The notes: generated by a model from the letters alone, not told the origin. DNA of 64,000 nt from Octopus sinensis (GCF_006345805.1 NC_043005.1:8246001-8310000); one strand, 5' to 3'; numbered from the stretch's first letter, positions 38,076-51,371 are shown. Numbers and translations are program-made.

Positions 38076-40118
38076 AAAGCCAATGCCAATGGGATTTGAA
38101 CGAAGAATATAAAATAAAATAAAATGAGAATATAAGAATTAATATAAAAAACAAGTTGTTGGTGGTGGTTGTGGTAATTTATTACAATGATAAACATATT
38201 CACACTATGAAGACGCATTTCATTACTCCATAATGCAGAAAAAGGAATTCTATTCTAGTGTATGATATTATGCTATATAATTTTGTTTCCTACTTTACTC
38301 ATTTTTACTTGTGGTTAGAAAACCAGAGAGAAAACCATGGCCATTATAAAATACGTTCCACCCACCACCTCTGGTCTGTGCTTATTCCAAGACGTATTCA
38401 GAGAAAATATTTACTGCATCAATATTTAGCAGGCCACAAGGATACATTAGTTGTTATTGCATATATTGTACATTAGTCTAGATTCTATGTAATAGGAATT
38501 AATCAGGACCCTGTTATTCGATATTCTACATACCACACAGAGAAAAGCGGGATAACTAACTTTGATGTACTGGAACTGATACACAACAAAAGGCAGCATA
38601 ACCGGGTGGGGGATAACTATACGTCAATACGTTTGGTGAAATAGGAGGGAAATATAAGTCGATAGTGTTGAAAAGAAAGAGTCATATAATAAGATATTGT
38701 GGATCGCATGGCTTTCACCTTATGCTTAGGAACTCACACAATGTCGATATAGTGGAAGAAATATCAGTAAAATAGCGGTGCCACACATCAATATAATGAA
38801 TCACGCGCGGTAGAAGATGGTGATTTGTATTTCAATGTACGTGTATCTGTGTGTATGCCTGTCAGTATACGAAAGCTTCCTCACAAGTTACGCTTATATG
38901 ATTTCATTTGGAAGGCAGCGGTCAATCAAAGACTATGATAGAAGACCGGGGCACTAAATACCAAATAGTAAGACTGAACCTAGTACCAGAATGTAGCAAT
39001 TACATACAGCACAAAAGCAGCTGTAACTTTCTAAATATTTTTATATGGAATATGCAAGCATTTCTATCTCAGGCTATGAATTGGAATGGGGAAAAGATGC
39101 AGTCTACTTGTATTCAGTTCACCACATTTTCTATTATTTTTCCTATTTGCCTTGTTTCTACTAGAGAGCGTTATTGTGTGAAAAGTATACAGACTATCTT
39201 TTATTCGGATTGTTAATGGTTGGCTTACTGTTCCACTTTTATAAACCTTTAGGTAAAAAGGATTAAAAAGAATTATTTAATGCTCAATCAAATCGGAGAC
39301 TCATTGCGTCAGAGAAAAAGTTAGACTGTCACATCGAGTTGGTTTAATAGAGAGTATAGGGTTACCCTGCTTAGACGGGCAGAGATTGCTATAACGAGAG
39401 TAGAAACTAAAAGAGTAGAAAACTTGGATTTACTGAAATGACTTACAATGTATATTTATAAAAGAAAATGGCATTTTCCATCATACACCTTTAGTCATCC
39501 GACTCCAATGCTAAATAATGGTGGCATATATTGCTGGTTATTGAAGCCACCTAGTTTGGTTATTGACAGGGATATATATATTATATATATATATATACAT
39601 ATATATGATGTATATATTGGTGGTTGACAGTGATTCCCGTCGGACTGGCTGTCAGTTGTCGAAATTAGCTTAAATTTATATTCTGTTCGGGCTCGCAAAA
39701 TTTAAACATTCAATTTCCATTTTACTCACTTTTCTTTTGTTTATTGAGTGTTATTTTCTATTGTTTATCGCATTTGTATTCATCACTTCCATTGTGACTT
39801 TCAGCCAAACAAGACATTCATAAGTTTTTTTTTCCTCTTTTTCTTTTATAGGAACTTGTAATTGCATATTTCCTCTAAATTGCTTGCTGAAACATCTTAC
39901 ACGTCTGCGAAATCACACTAGTGGGATTTGTAGGAGACACATAAAGAATAAAATCAAATACAACTTAAAAACAAAATAGTAAACAATTATGTATTTATTT
40001 AAAAAAATGGAGTCGGTTTAGCTTAAAAAAAAAATCGTTCAAAAAGGCATTTCAATGCAGGACTTCCTTCACTTTTGGGTATATCGAATTCCAATGAAAA
40101 TTAACTTCAAAGTGTATG

Positions 40119-40295
40119 TATAAAAGAGGAGAAATACGCATAATTCATCGGAGCGAGTGACATGTGAATCAGTCTGCTTCTAGAAAAGAAATATCGAGCT
40201 TGGTAACAGACGAATTGTTCTTTTGTATTTATGCACTTTTTGGTAAGTTTAGATTTATGGCATCATCGTATTACATAAAAAAAAGTTAGAACTGA
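40119..40295 (+). promoter_or_regulatory. Candidate TATA/Inr/first exon/donor module, copy 2
   Basis: TATAAAAG at 40119, TCA(+1) at 40147 (28 nt downstream), donor TTTTTG|GTAAGT at 40243. Confidence 0.4.
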
Positions 40296-41518
40296 AACTT
40301 CATGAAAACAAAATTAATCGCGAATTGTCTTTTTGTTCGTTTTCTTTGCCATATACATTATTGTATATATTTTCCTCTCGGTGTAGTATGACATGGAGTT
40401 TTTTTAAAGTAAAACATTGAGAACTAAATGGAATTCAATGTTGTCGGAGATCATATATTATAGCTTGTTAACAAAATAACAGACGAGTTGCGATGGCCAA
40501 TAGTAAACTGTAACAGATCCAGCTTTTAACAACGATATCAGTATTGATTTTATTGAGATCAGCTAATTCAGCTTCTATAAATAAATCGTTTACTGCATAC
40601 ATTACTGTGGCAGTAAGACATGCCAGATGGAATATGCTTTCAATGTAACACATGATAGCTAATAGAAAACCTTACTTGATCAGGCCTTCAGGCGAGAGCT
40701 ATTTTAGATAGAATTAAATTTTAAAAACTTGGCTTTTAAAGTCTGTATTTTCGTGTACTAAATCAACTCTTGATATTGATTAGGCTGTAGTTTAACTACC
40801 ATTCTTTCTGGCGTCCTTCATTATGTATCATCAATTCTATTTGAGAGATTTTCTTTCCTACGTATAATAATTGTTATGTTGTTTGTTTTATATCACAAAA
40901 GGTTGTTCGTATAAAATTTCCTTCATTCTACGTCTCCTCTACACATTCTTGTGTTTCGTACTTTTGAGATTCTTATTTTATAGCGTGTATTTCCTATCTC
41001 AATTTAGAATGGCAGAAATTTTGACACTGCTCAATAGAATCTAGTTTGAGAGTTGAGTGTTTTCTATGCCAAAATTTAATTTTAGTTCTTCGGTTTTCCA
41101 GTAATAGAATATTTCGTTCATCACCTACGTGCCAAGCAATACATCCGTAAGGCATTTTGATTTTGCGGTTGTTAACCACCTCAGCCGAAGCAATCTTCTG
41201 CAGAATTATTAACTACATTCATTTTACTTCACTTGCAGGCTTCTCACAAAAAGACCCCAGTTCAAAGGGCAACGTACTGTTAATTGTAGCCACTTAACCC
41301 TAAAATATATATTTTGCAATAACCAAAGCAACGAATAAAAGAACTGCAAAAAGCTGCAAAGTCTATAGGATTCGACATATTGTATCAAGAAGCTTCATAT
41401 TAAAGGAAAACAAAAGAAATAAACATGAAAGACGTCAAACATAATACGATTACATAATTTATGACGTTACGTTTTGGTCTTTATACATCATATTATTACT
41501 TTTTACCCTTCATTTTCC

Positions 41519-41520
<2 letters not shown>

Positions 41521-41578
<58 letters not shown>

Positions 41579-41581
41579 TTA

Positions 41582-41626
<45 letters not shown>

Positions 41627-41657
41627 TTATCTCTCTCTCTCTCTATCTCTCTATCTC

Positions 41658-41704
<47 letters not shown>
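41521..41704. repeat. (TCTG)n(TCTA)n microsatellite, 5' flank of the Tx1 element
   Basis: Directly visible. Confidence 0.95.
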
Positions 41705-41705
<1 letters not shown>

Positions 41706-44700
41706 ACAATCACCCATACACAACACCACCAGACCACATCAAAATATTACACATCTCCAAAAGTCTGCACCACACACTCAAAGGCATTTTCCCCAGCGCG
41801 GTTGGTAAATGCCAAAAATATCTCACAAAGAAACTGTACTGAGATCTCCTCGAGGACAAACCAAAGGAGGAGAAAGCAAAAACTTTCGAGCAGTAAGTAA
41901 CCTTCTGTTCCTTTCACTTGTATTCTAATTCATTAGGACTATGATCAAGATTGGTTGTGTAAATGCGCGTGGCTTGGGGTCCCCTTGGAAACAAGGGTAC
42001 CTCTTAAATGACATAAAGTCACATAAGTTAGAAATCATAGCCATAAGTGAGACCAGACTCCACAATCCGCGGGCCCTAAAGACCATGTTTGGCGGACAGT
42101 TCAACATTTATTTTTCCCCCTGTCTGCCAAGAATGGGCGGTAGTGGCACCGCGGTACTTTTTCACAAGTGTCTGGATCTCAAAGTAAGGACAATATTCGT
42201 AGACCCGGAGGGTAGACTGGTCGTCCTGGATGTCGACGGCAGCAATGGGTGCGCTTTCGACTCGTATCAGTCTACGCACCGCCCTTAACAGGTCGGGTGG
42301 ATTTCTTTCAACGTCTAGAAGTATTCTTGGGAACGTCTCGTCCTTTACTCTTAGTGGGGGATTGGAATGCTACCTTGGACACGCATGTAGACTACGTGGG
42401 TAGAGATAGGAATAGACGGGGATGCAAATGCCTCAGAGACCTGCTCAGACGCTTTCAGCTGTCTGACAGGTTCCGACTAGACCACTCGAATGCGCCAACG
42501 TGGACATGGAGCAACCGCATCGGGTCGTCGAGATCGTATCTAGATAGGATACTGTGTAGGACAGTAGACAGAGATAGCATAGGATGTCCACAATTCCACA
42601 TAGTCAGCTACACGGATCACAAACTTGTGACATGTACGCTAGACTTAGGTAAGACACTTAGGCATGGTCCCGGATACTGGAAACTAAACGCGTCTTTCCC
42701 ATCGAGACAGGTTTTCAGAGACCGGATTAGCACACTAGTAAAGAGGGCTTTGACGGGAGCCATCAGCAACAACAAATGGTGGTTTGCCCTCAAGAGAGCA
42801 GTAAAAGCAGAAGCTATTAGGTACAGCAAATCACTAGCCATAGATAGAAATAGAGTAGAGGGTGAGCTAGTTAAGAAGCTAGAAGAGGCAATTAGAAGCG
42901 GCATCGCATCCGACGTTTTGGCGGCGAGGTTGGCCCTCGACCAACACTTCAACGCCAAACACGAAGGATGTGCTGTCAGAGCTAGGATGCGTGCTCTAAG
43001 GAACGAAGGTGTTGGAACCGCGAGAGAGGCCCGGGTGGCAGAGGCGCAACAGGGCAACAAAGCCACCATTCGGTCCCTGGTAGATGAACAGGGGCGCGAA
43101 TTGCTCGAGCCAAGTAAAATGTGTGAGGCCTTTCAGCAGCATTTTGCCCGACTGTTCGGAACGAGTGGAGGGCAAGAACGTAAGGTGGACTTCAGTGCCT
43201 ACCTACATAGCCTACCACGACTCTCGACAAGAAAGGCAGGGTGCTGCGAAGGTGCCATCACGGCGGCGGAAGTGCAGGAAGCGATAGCAGAATGCTCGAG
43301 GGACAAATCACCGGGTTGGATGGTCTACCCTACGAGCTTTACAATTGTATGCCAGACTTGTTTGGAGATCTCTTGGCGGCGGTGTACTGCAACTGGCAGC
43401 AAAACGGGAGCATTCCTGGTTTTGTGAGCCGAGGAGCCGTAACACTGCTGAAGAAAGATCTAAACAAGGGAAATGTAATAGATAACTTTAGGCCCATCAC
43501 TCTGCTTAATGCAGACTTGAAAATGTTGGCCAAGGTGCTAGCCAAGAGGTTGGCGCTTGTCATCGAGAAACTGGTCGACAAGGCGCAAACATGCGCCGTG
43601 CCAGGCCGGACCATCCATGACAACCTCCACCTGATGCGCTACATCATAGACAGGGTAGTTAACGAACCTGGCATGGGTGGGGCGCTGATCAATTTGGATC
43701 AATCGAAAGCTTTCGATAGGGTGGACCATCGATACTTGGAGGCGGTCCTCGGAGCGGCTGGCTTCGATCCCGTCTTCCCCGGCTGGATAGCCGCTTTGTA
43801 CAGAGGCATCCGTTCGGTAATTCGCGTGAATGGACATCTATCGAGACCCTTCGACATCGCACGTTCGGTCCGTCAGGGATGCCCCCTCTCGTCGCTTCTA
43901 TACGTATTGACTCTCGAGCCATTATTGCGGAAGCTGGCAACCTTGAGAGGCATCCCGCGAGAACTGGGATGCGGGACGAGCGTGTCTGCATACGCGGACG
44001 ACGTCACCGTCATAGTGTCTAGCCACGAGCACATCGAGCAGGTCGGCGAGACACTGAAAAACTACGAAGCGGTGACAGGAGCGAAAATCAACCGGGAAAA
44101 GTCAGTGGGCTTGCGACTAGGCACCTGGAGAAGCAAGCCCATGCCGTCCACCAGCGCCTCCGTCGTGGGACGCTGGACCGACGGCCCGGTTGAGTTGCTC
44201 GGGGTCTGGTTTGGTCCGAACCTCCAAGTGGAGAAGAACTGGAACGAGATAACGAGTAGGGTGGTCACTCTCGCCCGGCAATGGGCCGAGAGGAAACTGT
44301 CCCTAAAAGGTCGGGCGGAGGTGACGAACACGTACATCGCGTCCGTCATCTACTACCGCCTGACCGTCGTACCTTGTCCCGACCCTACCATCACCAAACT
44401 ACAACGCATTCTCTTTCGCTTCTTGTGGAAAGGATGCGTCCCGATGGTCAGGCGATCCATTTGCTGTCAACACCCGTTAAAAGGAGGGCTGGGCATGCCG
44501 TGGTTGATGATGCGCAGACACGCGCTGAGACTGCGACATCTCTGGCTCTATGTAGACGACGGTGAACAGGTGTGGTCGCCGTTTGTGAGGCACGCTTTCC
44601 CGCAGCTCGTCTCCATGACCGAACTGCAGTCGTGGATCAAAAAGAGGCCGAGGAAGGGCGAATGGCACCGCGAGTGTCGCGTTGCTCTCAAGCAACTCTG

Positions 44701-45727
44701 CCGTCCTGGGTCGACCTTGAGTGACTTCAACACAACCAAAGCATTCTATAGGTTTAGTGGAGGGGAGGTACGACGACGAGCTCGGGGCGAACCTGGACGT
44801 CGACGAGGAGTACCTGACCCGCCTGTTCAGGACGACTTTCGGGCCAGGGCCCATGGACAACTTCCAGAGATCCCTGGCCTGGCAGTGCTACCGAGAAGCG
44901 CTACCCGTTCGGGATAAGCTCTACAGACACGGCTCGAGAAACACGGGGCCGACCTGACCGAGATGCGGTCAGAGCGACGAAACCGTTCTGCACGCACTCG
45001 TGCAGTGTCCAACAATTTCCGACCTGTGGGCTTATGTCGAACAACTGCTGTCACGTGTGGGACGAGTCGGTTTATCAGCTGAGTCTATCGTCAATATTGT
45101 CACGCCTCCTTCCTTCAAACGGGAAGGAAGAGCTATTTTCATCATCCTTGTGGCTATGGCGAAAGAATGTATCTGGTGGACGCGTCTGAAAGGATTGGAG
45201 ACAAACATTTTCCTCTCTGATCAATCTCTCATCAACTTCTTCAAGTACCATTTGAAAAGGAAAGTGAGAGTAGAGAGGCAAGTTTTTTCTAGCGAATGTT
45301 TTAAAAAAAGATGGGTGAATGTAGCAAGAATGGCACGTATGAATGATGAAGCCACCTTGAGCATGATCCTATGAACCCAGAAATTGAAAACAGAGAGTTG
45401 CTTATTCGCAAAAAAAAAAAAAAAAGAAATATAACATGTGACTCCATTGACCGAGGTTATCGTGGTCTTTTCCGTACGCTTTTCTTTCCACGGGTAAACC
45501 TCACCTGTCCTCCCCTTTACACTTCATATTGACATTTCTGTGATAACGATCCATATTGATCAATTTTTTTTTTCCTCTCCCCCTTTTTTTGTCCTCTTTC
45601 TCTCCTTTACGATCCCTTTTGATCGAAACTCCCCCTTCCTTTTTTTTTTTTTAAACCTTCAAAAGAAAAGCTCTACCTTTTAATTTGTTTTATCTGTGTG
45701 CAGCCCTGTGTGGCTAATAAAGAAACA
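41705..45727 (+). mobile_element. L1/Tx1-type non-LTR retrotransposon, 5'-truncated within ORF1
   Basis: GC-rich 4 kb segment: probable ORF1 C-terminus, ORF2 (APE, RT, CCHC), 3' UTR ending AATAAA (45716) GAAACA; (TCTA)n on both sides. Confidence 0.95.
41941..45374 (+). pseudogene. ORF2 APE endonuclease-reverse transcriptase (3 frameshifts, 1 stop)
   Basis: MIKIGCVNARGL, ISETR, VGDWN, SRSYLDRI, YTDHKLV; FRPITLLN, LDQSKAFDRVDH, VRQGCPLS, AYADDVTV; T*PRCGQSDETVLHALVQC. Confidence 0.95.
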
Positions 45728-45764
45728 TATCTATCTATCTATCTGTCTATATATCTATCTATCA

Positions 45765-45822
<58 letters not shown>

Positions 45823-45843
45823 ATATCTATCTATCTATCTATT

Positions 45844-45880
<37 letters not shown>

Positions 45881-45881
45881 A
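45728..45881. repeat. (TCTA)n(TC)n microsatellite, 3' flank of the Tx1 element
   Basis: Directly visible. Confidence 0.95.
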
Positions 45882-46152
45882 CCCGTCTCTTTCTTCGGTA
45901 CTGAAAGGCATTGAATTCTAGTTGGCACAAACTGCATATTTATGGAAAGGATGCAATAATTTAAATCGAACCGCGTGCTTCTGCTGTACTTTATTTTTTG
46001 AAGCCCACAAAGGCGAAAGTCATGCTGCTCTCATCATGACTCGAACTCAAAATGGTTGTAGTCAAGATTCGATAATGCCGTTGGTCTGTCAACCACCACG
46101 TTTTTAATTTGGAAAATTATCAGTGTGCATTCGTATATTGCTCAACATTGAT

Positions 46153-46375
46153 ATTCTTTTATTCTTTTATTAATTCATTTGTTTCAGTAATTTGATTGCG
46201 GCCATGCTGGAGCCCCGCATTTAGTCGAGTAAATCGACCCTAGGATTTATTCTTTGTAAGCCTAGTACTTATTCTATCATTCGCTTTTGCCGAACTGCTA
46301 TGTCACGTGGCCGTAAACATACCAGCATCGGTTGTCAAGTGATGTTGGGGTGACAAGCGCAGATACACAAACACA

Positions 46376-46449
<74 letters not shown>

Positions 46450-46594
46450 CATACATATATACGACAAGCTTTTCTTCAGTTTCCGTCTGCTAAATCCACT
46501 CACAAGGCTCTGCCCAAGGTTCCACGCAGTGGGATTGAACCCGGAATCATGTGGTTGGTAAGCAAGCTACTTACTACACAGTCACTCCTGCGAC
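46153..46594 (-). mobile_element. SINE family A with internal deletion
   Basis: Family A head, (CA)n(TA)n tract and tail. Confidence 0.88.
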
Positions 46595-46775
46595 TATATA
46601 TCTATCAAATCATAACGCATGAGAAAATATAAGGATTTTATTAAGTATAATATCACTATTACGTCTAAACAGTTAAACGAGGTGGAGCAAGAACTCTTAG
46701 ACTGGCCTGATAGAAACAACTGTAAAGTTTCATTCAAATAAAAACACAATAAATCTCTCAAACTACTCTCGACAT

Positions 46776-46936
46776 AGGCGCATACGTGGTTGTGTTGTAA
46801 GAGGTTTGCTTCTCAGCCACACGGGTCCTCGTTCAGTTCCACTGCATGACAACTTGGGCAAGTATCTTCTACTATAGTCTGGGGCTGACCAAAGCCTTGT
46901 GAGTGGATGTTGGTAACGGAAACTGAAAGAAACCCG

Positions 46937-46940
<4 letters not shown>
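46776..46940 (+). mobile_element. SINE family A, 5' half ending at (TA)n
   Basis: Head through GGAAACTGAAAGAAACCCG, then a TA tract. Confidence 0.8.
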
Positions 46941-47010
<70 letters not shown>

Positions 47011-47329
47011 TTATATATATATATAAATAAGGTTAATCCAAACAAGAAAGCACAATATAACACAACAACGCGAGGACGTGGAACAAATATAGTATTATTA
47101 TATATATATATTATTATATATTTCTAATCCTGAGCGCCATACTAATACAATTGTTTGTTTGTACCCCACCTGCCTTCGTCTTTTGTTTATTTTCGTAAAG
47201 CTTCCCATTATATATATATATATAAATTTAAATAATGAGGGAGATAAATTAATATTAATTCAAAACCAGTAGCCTAGCATACAAAAATCTGAAAAATCAG
47301 AGAAAATTCTAATACATGTGTATATTCAA

Positions 47330-48105
47330 AGGGCAAGACCGTTTTGCACGTATGAACATCGTGTTTCACGCACGGTGTCGCCTGTTTACCGAGGCTAAGC
47401 TATTCCTTACTTTGCTTCATATTGATGTACAGGCATAATTTTTCTTCGCCAGTAACGATTCGGTAAAGAAATCGTTGCTTGTACCCATGAGTGACGAGCA
47501 AGCAAACCAGCGGAGATTGTGGATCGCTGAATTTTGCTATTGTCACTTAAAGCATGCGGAACTCATGCTTCAAACTTCTGAACCTTTCCCATCGAGTGAT
47601 GATGTTTCTCTATAGCAGTTTCGGAGCATTCCATTTTCTCTACCACTTCTCTTATAGTTTGACGAGAATTTTCGAGCAAATGTTGGTTTAATCGCTCTTC
47701 ATCGAACTCTACTGGACGGCCATAACGAGGTGCGTCTTTGAGGTCAAAAATTTCCATTTTTGAACTTAGCATACCAATCATGAGCGATTCTTTCAACTAT
47801 GACACACTCTCCATACACAGATGCCGCGAGAAGCTTTTGCGGCCTTAGAACCTTGATTAAAAGCAAAAAGAAGGAAGTATGAAAGAGGCACGATTTTCTT
47901 AATTTGACATTGCATTTTATTGATCTGAAAATAAACAAAAATTAACTAGAACGAAAATAAACTAAAATTAACTAGAAAAAACGATTCCAAAATGATTCTC
48001 AAAAATAGAATTCTCGAAAAAAAAAAAAATTCCAAAATTAAAAAACGCAATAAATTCCAAAATTAAATTACAAAACAATGGCGGGAACTTAGTTGCCAAC
48101 CCAAT

Positions 48106-48106
<1 letters not shown>
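47330..48106 (-). mobile_element. Mariner, 5' half (one TIR), related to 14816-16101
   Basis: TIR (rc) TATTGGGTTGGCAACTAAGTTCCCGCC; ATG at 47915 MQCQIKK, then FDLKDAPRYGRPVEFDEERLNQ, VPHAL, IVTGEEK. Confidence 0.9.
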
Positions 48107-48152
<46 letters not shown>

Positions 48153-48228
48153 AATATTAGGGAATAAATCCAAATTTACAGGGAAAAAAATCAGATTTAG
48201 GATTAAATCCAATTTTATAGTAAAATAT

Positions 48229-48554
48229 TATAAAATATTATTAGAGACAAAACCACTATTTTGCAAAACAAACAAGGAAAGACTTAATCAATACATAAAA
48301 TTTTAATAAATAGTCAAAAAAACCGCCACTACAATTGTTTCTTGTCTTGATCGACAATCTTCAGGTGGACTTCCAATAAGTCAGTTTCAAATTTGAAACT
48401 GACTTATTGGAAGTCCACCTGAAGATTGTCGATCAAGACAAGAAACAATTGTAGTGGCGGTTTTTTTGACTATTTATTAAAATTTTATGTATTGATTAAG
48501 TCTTTCCTTGTTTGTTTTGCAAAATAGTGGTTTTGTCTCTAATAATATTTTATA
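48229..48554. repeat. Perfect 326-bp palindrome (163-bp arms, no spacer)
   Basis: Arms checked base by base around the centre TTTCAAA|TTTGAAA (48391/48392). Confidence 0.95.
48415..48457 (+). ncRNA. Minimal type I hammerhead ribozyme (mirror copy at 48326-48368 on the minus strand)
   Basis: Stem I CCAC/GTGG, core CTGAAGA, stem II TTGTC-GATCAA-GACAA, GAAA, palindromic stem III ACAATTGT, GUA triplet (cleavage predicted after 48453). Confidence 0.75.
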
Positions 48555-48581
48555 TATATTATATATATATTATATATATAT

Positions 48582-48653
<72 letters not shown>

Positions 48654-48669
48654 CATATATATATGTGTG

Positions 48670-48880
48670 TGTCTGTTGGGGTCATTGTGTCTGCGCCTCC
48701 CCCCACCTTTTGACAACCAGCGATAGTGTTTTTAGTTCCCAGTAAAATAATTTTTCGGAAAAAGAGATCGATAGAATAAGTTCCAAACTTTAAAAAAATA
48801 CTGGGTCGATTTATGCTGGTAGAAGTTCTTCAAAGCGGAGCCAGAATATGGCTGCAGCCTAATGACTGAAGCCAGTAAAT
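48670..48880 (+). mobile_element. Degraded SINE family A, 3' half
   Basis: TTGACAACCAGCGAT..GAGATCGATAGAATAAG..ATGACTGAAGCCAGTAAA. Confidence 0.7.
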
Positions 48881-49096
48881 AGATATATTGTGTAACACTT
48901 TTATTAGATGGCTACTGTGTTTATGTCTTTGATCGGAATCCTTCTTAATAGGATATCAAATAGCGAGTAACAATAACCATAAAAAATTCAATCTTGTTTT
49001 ATTACTAAATATATATGTCACATTATGTTTTTTCTTTTAAATTGTACCACAATTACCCCTCCAATTTCACCCAAACTAACCCTACATGTAAACAAA

Positions 49097-49177
<81 letters not shown>

Positions 49178-49832
49178 TCTTAAAAGGAACCGAACGATTT
49201 ATAACTGAAAAAACAATATGCCGAGCATTAAATTTACACACCAGAGCAGTAAAACGTCGTAGTATTTTCTTGTCTCGGAGTTCCTGCTCATGTAAATTAG
49301 CAATTATATATCTCTTGATATACTCGTCCATTATCTTCTTAATCTGTCTTTAGCCTAAAACAGTCTAGTAAACAACCTTTCACCTTATATACCTGGAATT
49401 GTTTCTTGCTCATATTTTCCTTATTTATTGCTACTTATAAAGCGGAAGATCAACCACTTTCGTGGATCTTAATGCATATTCATATTATTCTTGTGGCATA
49501 TTCCTCGTTGCAATGCACAATAAATACGCTTGGCAGATTTAACAAACTTAAATATCGTATTTTTATCATGGTAGACATTTTTCTAGCAAATTTAACATTC
49601 GAAGATATTTTTAACTTTTGAATTTATGAAAAAATAGGCTAAGATTACGAACTTTAGAGTAAGATTATCTTACGAGTTGTTTTTGTTGAAAGTGGTATTC
49701 TTGTTCCTGATGATGATAATGTTGCTATCATAATTTTTATAATTTTTCAAAAGGTGGGCTTGAAATATCGAACTTTTAAAGAGAAATGTATCTACAATAA
49801 TAAAAAGTGTGTGTGTGTGTGTGTGTGTGTGA

Positions 49833-49871
<39 letters not shown>

Positions 49872-50165
49872 GGGGAGAAGAGGGGAGAAACGCTTCGGGT
49901 AAAGAGTGTAAAGACAGATCACGAGAAAAGGAGAGAAACGGAAATAGAGATTCGTACAAAAAATACGAACACCAAAGAAATACAAAAAATATGGTGCTCC
50001 AAGGAAAGTGAGAGAAAATGAGAAATTAAAAATGAGATAATGAAATGTGAGTGAGAGTTTGTGGGCGTAGAAACAGGGGAGAAAATGAAAGATACCAAGG
50101 GAAAAAAAAGAGTTTAAGGAAAAGGAAGAGAATAAAGAGAAAGGTGAAAAACATGGGGTATAATG

Positions 50166-50204
<39 letters not shown>

Positions 50205-51371
50205 ATGTGGTAGATGTGTGAATGCTAATGTAAAAAAGTGACAAAATGGAAGAAATAAGTAGAGTGAAAGATAAAATAAAGGGAAGAGAGAAAAAGGAGA
50301 AAAGGAGTGTGTGTTGATGGTCAGCGATAGAGAGAAAACGTTTTTGTAATTAATTTCAGGGAAAGAAATCCAGAAGAATACATGCTTTCTCCAAAACGAA
50401 AACGGAAATGTTTTAAAGTGTATTCTTGTTGAAGAAATAATAGACAAAAGAAGTCATCGACATATGAGAGGTGACTGTACTTAACTAAAGATTATTGATT
50501 TGATCTTGGAAATCTTAAGAACTATGAAGAAAGGGAAATAAAATACATGAAATTTACTCTTTTTACTGAAAAATATTTATTGGCTAATTAAATGTAATTG
50601 TTTCGATCAGTAGTAAGACGTATATTTTGAACTTTGTTACCCAATAGAACATAGCTAACGACAAAGTATGATACAAACGGATAATTGGTCGGCAGACAAA
50701 ACGGGAAGGTAACGGGATACATCTGTTGAAATTCTCCTTACATGAATAGATATTGAACGTATACTAGTGCAATATTAATTATATATATATTGAACCACAC
50801 AACGTACGATATAATAGTAATCTATTTTGTACATATGAACGAGTCTCCTTTAAAAGGTTCTTTAGTTTGAACAGAAGTTAATGGGAGTACGTGATCAGTC
50901 ATTAATTACATTTCTTTTCCGACTTTTCGCCTACTAAAGATATGAACATGAACATTTGAATGATTTCATAGAACTCGGTACGGATGACACTTTTTCTTCA
51001 ATCTAGAATTTTACTAAAGACACAGTTGTTCTCCGCCTGATTTGCACTCGGAATGTAAATGCTAGACGTGTTGAAATGGCTGTCCACGGAAGGACAATGT
51101 TCACAATATGTTCACAACACTCAAATTAAAAGTTACCACCCATAGTCTGTCATATTGGGTCACTTAATGTGTTCTTACAGGATCATTCTGTCCTTAGCAA
51201 AAACGGAACTATGGCTCTGTATAGAACTGCTTGTATTGAGTACATTGATTGTAGAAGAAATAATATTATGATAATTAAGTGGATGACATAAAGCATCTGA
51301 TAGTAAAACATATAGCTGCATTGTCAAAGAATTACAGTTAGGCATCTTTCTTCAAACACCAGTACATATTT

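Noticed and set aside
40994-41200. ORF ending SIEQCQNFC (Kunitz/WSC-like)
   Set aside because: The other required cysteines and spacing are absent.
42617-44860. Long antisense ORFs over the Tx1 ORF2
   Set aside because: Expected shadow frames of GC-rich coding sequence.
49707-49735. CTGATGA followed by a TGATA/TATCA hairpin
   Set aside because: No GAAA after the stem.
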